Of a DNA stretch of 42,138 nt, positions 37,770 to 42,138 are shown in pieces. Origin of the DNA: a virus. Its lineage: Duplodnaviria; Caudoviricetes. The stretch lies in the IMG/VR virus record IMGVR_UViG_3300014818_000015, positions 1 to 42,138 of that record; one strand, 5' to 3'. The notes below the pieces were generated by a model. That model was not told the DNA's origin, ran no database searches, and worked only from the letters and a program-made list of their open reading frames with translations. The stretch's first letter is position 1, and each line of letters begins with the position of its first letter. The position numbers and the translations under genes were made by a program.

Positions 37770-37890
37770 AGTATTCTCCATTGATCTTAGATTCTTTCTT
37801 TTTGTCTTTGTGTGTGGCAGGGCGATTAAATTTCTCCATATTCTTTGCCACAGGATTCGCTTTCTTCTTTGGTACTTTACGCTTTTTCAC
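37759..37890 (-). CDS. Small basic protein (43 aa)
   Basis: Manual translation from GTG with AGGAG RBS: MKKRKVPKKKANPVAKNMEKFNRPATHKDKKKESKINGEYYDE. Confidence 0.7.
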   Translation of the reverse strand: MKKRKVPKKKANPVAKNMEKFNRPATHKDKKKESKINGEYYDE

Positions 37891-37939
37891 GCGTATAACT
37901 CCTATATAAGATGAGACGTCCATGTCTCGATACTAGACA

Positions 37940-39577
<1,638 letters not shown>

Positions 39578-39594
39578 TCATTGATTGAGTAGCT

Positions 39595-39635
39595 ATTATA
39601 CCATACTTTCAATCGTTTGTAAACCTTTATTTATA
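39595..39635 (-). promoter_or_regulatory. Tandem late (TATAAATA, 39628-39635) and early (TTTACA-17-TATAAT) promoters for groEL
   Basis: Both consensus elements are seen directly. Confidence 0.8.
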
Positions 39636-39642
39636 ATTAATT

Positions 39643-39777
39643 TCAAGAGAAGATCATGATAACAAAACCAACTAGACATAATGCTATCGCACATTCTTTA
39701 AACGCGTCGGTTCTGCCTTTATCGTAACCATCTCTATAATCAGCATTAATGCCACGGGTATAGTTATGATCAATCAT
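39643..39777 (-). CDS. Small membrane peptide (44 aa)
   Basis: ATGA overlap with the upstream gene; MIDHNYTRGINADYRDGYDKGRTDAFKECAIALCLVGFVIMIFS. Confidence 0.6.
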   Translation of the reverse strand: MIDHNYTRGINADYRDGYDKGRTDAFKECAIALCLVGFVIMIFS

Positions 39778-40115
39778 AATTTAGTTAACTCCGACCATGT
39801 TTTAAGTTTAATACGTTTAGCAATGGCGTGTTCTTTAACAACATTAAAATCAACAATACCATAATCAGCCAATAGACTAATCATGCACATAACATCACCA
39901 GCTTCAACTTCCATCTTATGTACTTTGCCAAAGTCAACATCAGAACCAAATCGGATTAGCTTAGATGCTTCAACAGTAAGTTCGGCACATTCTTCCATTA
40001 AGATAGTTAACAATTCACATCTTTCACTACGTTGTTTCGTATTAATGTCTTTCATGTCAGTTTTCCCTTTAGTTATATTTCGATCATACATTTCATATTG
40101 TTCTTGATTACTCAT
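39774..40115 (-). CDS. MazG-like NTP pyrophosphohydrolase domain protein
   Basis: EECAEL and EVEAGDV acidic motifs; an alternative start at MKDINT is plausible. Confidence 0.65.
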   Translation of the reverse strand: MSNQEQYEMYDRNITKGKTDMKDINTKQRSERCELLTILMEECAELTVEASKLIRFGSDVDFGKVHKMEVEAGDVMCMISLLADYGIVDFNVVKEHAIAKRIKLKTWSELTKL

Positions 40116-40396
40116 AGTTCCTCAACCTTATTATGGTAGTCCTGGATATCTTCGCCTGTCAATTTAAAGTACTGTAGTATTAATCGTTCAGCGTCATCTA
40201 ATACGTAACCTTTATCAGATACAGCGTATGCTATGTTATAAACCATAGTTGCTATGTCACCATCGGTGCTATCGCTCTCCCATGTCACTATAGCAGCGTG
40301 TCCATACGCTTCGTTCTTACTTGCCTTTAACTCAGCTCTGGTATAGAGATCTGGGTTAGCTATCGATTTCATTGCCATCAGTATATGTTTATTCAT
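40112..40396 (-). CDS. Hypothetical protein, MNKHIL paralogue
   Basis: Aligns with the N-terminal ~90 aa of 40424-41074. Confidence 0.7.
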   Translation of the reverse strand: MNKHILMAMKSIANPDLYTRAELKASKNEAYGHAAIVTWESDSTDGDIATMVYNIAYAVSDKGYVLDDAERLILQYFKLTGEDIQDYHNKVEEL

Positions 40397-40423
40397 TGTT
40401 TAATCTCTTCCCCTCATTAATGT

Positions 40424-41074
40424 TTATTCTCGTTCTAACAATAACTCATCATTCATAATAATCAACCTTTTGATCTTGATACGTTGTTGTGCAACTAGTT
40501 CATTTGATTTTGCCAACGCAATAGTTAATTCATCTACTCGTGTATCGACATCTTCGCTCTCAGTGCTTTCACTGTATGTAACTTCTAGCTCATCATAGAC
40601 TCTATGTAAGTTTTCAAACTTCGCTTCGTTAACAGATATCAAACCAGATAATAGATTATCTATCTTGCTGAAGAAAGTCTGAGTCTGCATGCCGATAAAA
40701 TTATTGTCTTCAGCAATGTATTCTCGCACAGCTTCAATATCACCGATGACATCCCAACAGGTCATGATGTGGGTATCTAAGTTATCTAATTCATCATAAT
40801 GCATATTATTATTTCCTTTTAGTCTTTCTACTTCGTTAATATAAGTTTGTTTGTCTTCACCAGTTTTATTAAAGAATTCACCAACCCAATGTTCAGCAGC
40901 ATAAGCATCATAAGCAGCATAAGCAGCATCAGCAGCAGCATCAACAGCATCATAAGCATCAACAGCATCATAAGCAGCATAAGCAGCGGATTTCCAATTC
41001 GCTTCTTTTTCTGCTTGTGTGAATAGCTCAGGATTATCTAAACTTCTCATAATGAATAATATATGTTTATTCAT
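40424..41074 (-). CDS. Hypothetical protein: MNKHIL/Ala-rich domain joined to a second domain with an internal start at 40804
   Basis: AAYAAYDA repeats; internal AGGAAATAATAATATG. Confidence 0.7.
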   Translation of the reverse strand: MNKHILFIMRSLDNPELFTQAEKEANWKSAAYAAYDAVDAYDAVDAAADAAYAAYDAYAAEHWVGEFFNKTGEDKQTYINEVERLKGNNNMHYDELDNLDTHIMTCWDVIGDIEAVREYIAEDNNFIGMQTQTFFSKIDNLLSGLISVNEAKFENLHRVYDELEVTYSESTESEDVDTRVDELTIALAKSNELVAQQRIKIKRLIIMNDELLLERE

Positions 41075-41077
41075 GAT

Positions 41078-41332
41078 TTAATACTCCATCATTTCATTAA
41101 TTTGTTTGATATAAAGCTCAGTTATAGCGTGCTTGTTATCTGTTAAGGATTCTTCCGCAGCCAATCTTAGTTCATGCCCTATTAACATATCCGTGACCTC
41201 ATCCAGTGAGTAATACTCATCATTGATTAGCACTTCTGTACCTTTAGCCATTATACTCAGCAACTCACTAGCTGATAAGCTTTCAGGCTCATCACAGTGG
41301 ATTGCTATTTGTTCTGAAATTGGATCGATCAT
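41078..41332 (-). CDS. Hypothetical acidic protein
   Basis: Likely start MIDPIS, overlapping the upstream stop (ATGA). Confidence 0.65.
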   Translation of the reverse strand: MIDPISEQIAIHCDEPESLSASELLSIMAKGTEVLINDEYYSLDEVTDMLIGHELRLAAEESLTDNKHAITELYIKQINEMMEY

Positions 41333-41979
41333 TGTGTTTTTTCCCATTTTAATAGCAAGTCCATTAACATTTTAGTATTCAGCACATGTGCTGCCACTCT
41401 TGCTGCTTCACTTGCTGTTGCCCTCGCTGCTTCCCATGCTGCTGCCCTTGCTGACCTTGCTGCTGCCCTTGCTGCACTTGCTGCTGACCATACTTCTCCA
41501 GTTGCTGCTGCCCTCGCTGCTTCCCATGCTGCTGCCCTTGCTGCTTCACTTGCTGCTGCACTTGCTGCACTTGCTGCACTTGCTGCTGACCATACTTCTC
41601 CAGTTGCTGCTGCCCATGCTGCTGCCCATGCTGCTTCCCTTGCTTTATCAAGTTCTTCTGCTGTTATTTCACTTCTAGCAAACGCTTGTGAAGCTTCAAT
41701 TGCTAGTCTTGGTCTTTTATCCTTAGGTTGATCCTTTTCAAAAATATCAATAACAGTTAAGGCATAGTCACAACCTAATAAACGTAAATCTATTCTCTGC
41801 TGCTTACTAAACTGGTCATATATTTCCGCTATCAACCACCAAACATCAGCCCAACCGTTAGAAGTTAAACACTGTGAGAGTGTAACTTCCTTATCACCAT
41901 GCGCTTTAATAAATGTTTCGTAACCGCTTGAACAAGCTTTTAACGCTTTAAGCTCTATTTTATTTGTTGATATTTTCAT
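41329..41979 (-). CDS. Ala-rich repeat phage protein (Imm5-like DxRPRxAI motif)
   Basis: LKACSSGY, DKRPRLAIEA...GAGGT RBS; AAWAAAWAA repeats. Confidence 0.75.
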   Translation of the reverse strand: MKISTNKIELKALKACSSGYETFIKAHGDKEVTLSQCLTSNGWADVWWLIAEIYDQFSKQQRIDLRLLGCDYALTVIDIFEKDQPKDKRPRLAIEASQAFARSEITAEELDKAREAAWAAAWAAATGEVWSAASAASAASAAASEAARAAAWEAARAAATGEVWSAASAARAAARSARAAAWEAARATASEAARVAAHVLNTKMLMDLLLKWEKTQ

Positions 41980-41995
41980 TTTGTTTTACTCACCT

Positions 41996-42138
41996 CTACT
42001 TCTTATTAGATAAACTCATAATGTTCTCAGTCATCTTAGCGAATCCCGTAAACATCGAATCAAATGAACTGCTCACGACTTTGGCTTTAAAGTCAGAGTC
42101 AGTCATTAGTTTTTCACGTAACTCCTTTGATTCTTCTG
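41996..42138 (-). CDS. 3' end of a hypothetical gene (truncated by window edge)
   Basis: Open frame EESKELREKLMTDSDFKAKVVSSSFDSMFTGFAKMTENIMSLSNKK*. Confidence 0.55.
   Translation of the reverse strand, partial: EESKELREKLMTDSDFKAKVVSSSFDSMFTGFAKMTENIMSLSNKK

Noticed and set aside
37911-37930. Short GAGAC/GTCTC hairpin after groEL
   Set aside because: Only a 5-bp stem and no U-tract; too weak to call a terminator.
41379-41678. Gln-rich (-) and Leu-rich (+) ORFs
   Set aside because: Alternative-frame readings of the GCA repeat inside the Ala-rich gene.

Overview
A 42-kb segment of a large, AT-rich T4-like myovirus genome, probably infecting an aquatic proteobacterium. Bases 1-24.8 kb are the tail/baseplate module: a partial repeat-rich tail fibre, a DUF4815-like protein, gp8/7/6/25/5/hub/53/48 on the minus strand, then gp4/2/tail-tube-like/26/51/tape measure on the plus strand. 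Then come gp32/59/33, small early genes each with a near-consensus sigma70 promoter, and a late-promoter accessory block. That block holds a lipoprotein, lysozyme, an intracellular PHB depolymerase and a six-gene operon of exported/membrane proteins with pilin-like and chaperone-like members. The right end has four tRNAs, a HAD phosphatase, DNA ligase, a bacterial-type GroEL with no adjacent groES, a MazG-like gene and Ala-rich repeat genes. Best leads: (1) the late six-gene secreted, fimbria-like operon; (2) a candidate -1 frameshift fusing gp26 to gp51 upstream of the tape measure gene; (3) phaZ co-transcribed with the lysozyme; (4) an RBS-sequestering hairpin with an embedded late promoter; (5) an EF-hand membrane protein. 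All calls rest on manual motif recognition and synteny; no searches were run.
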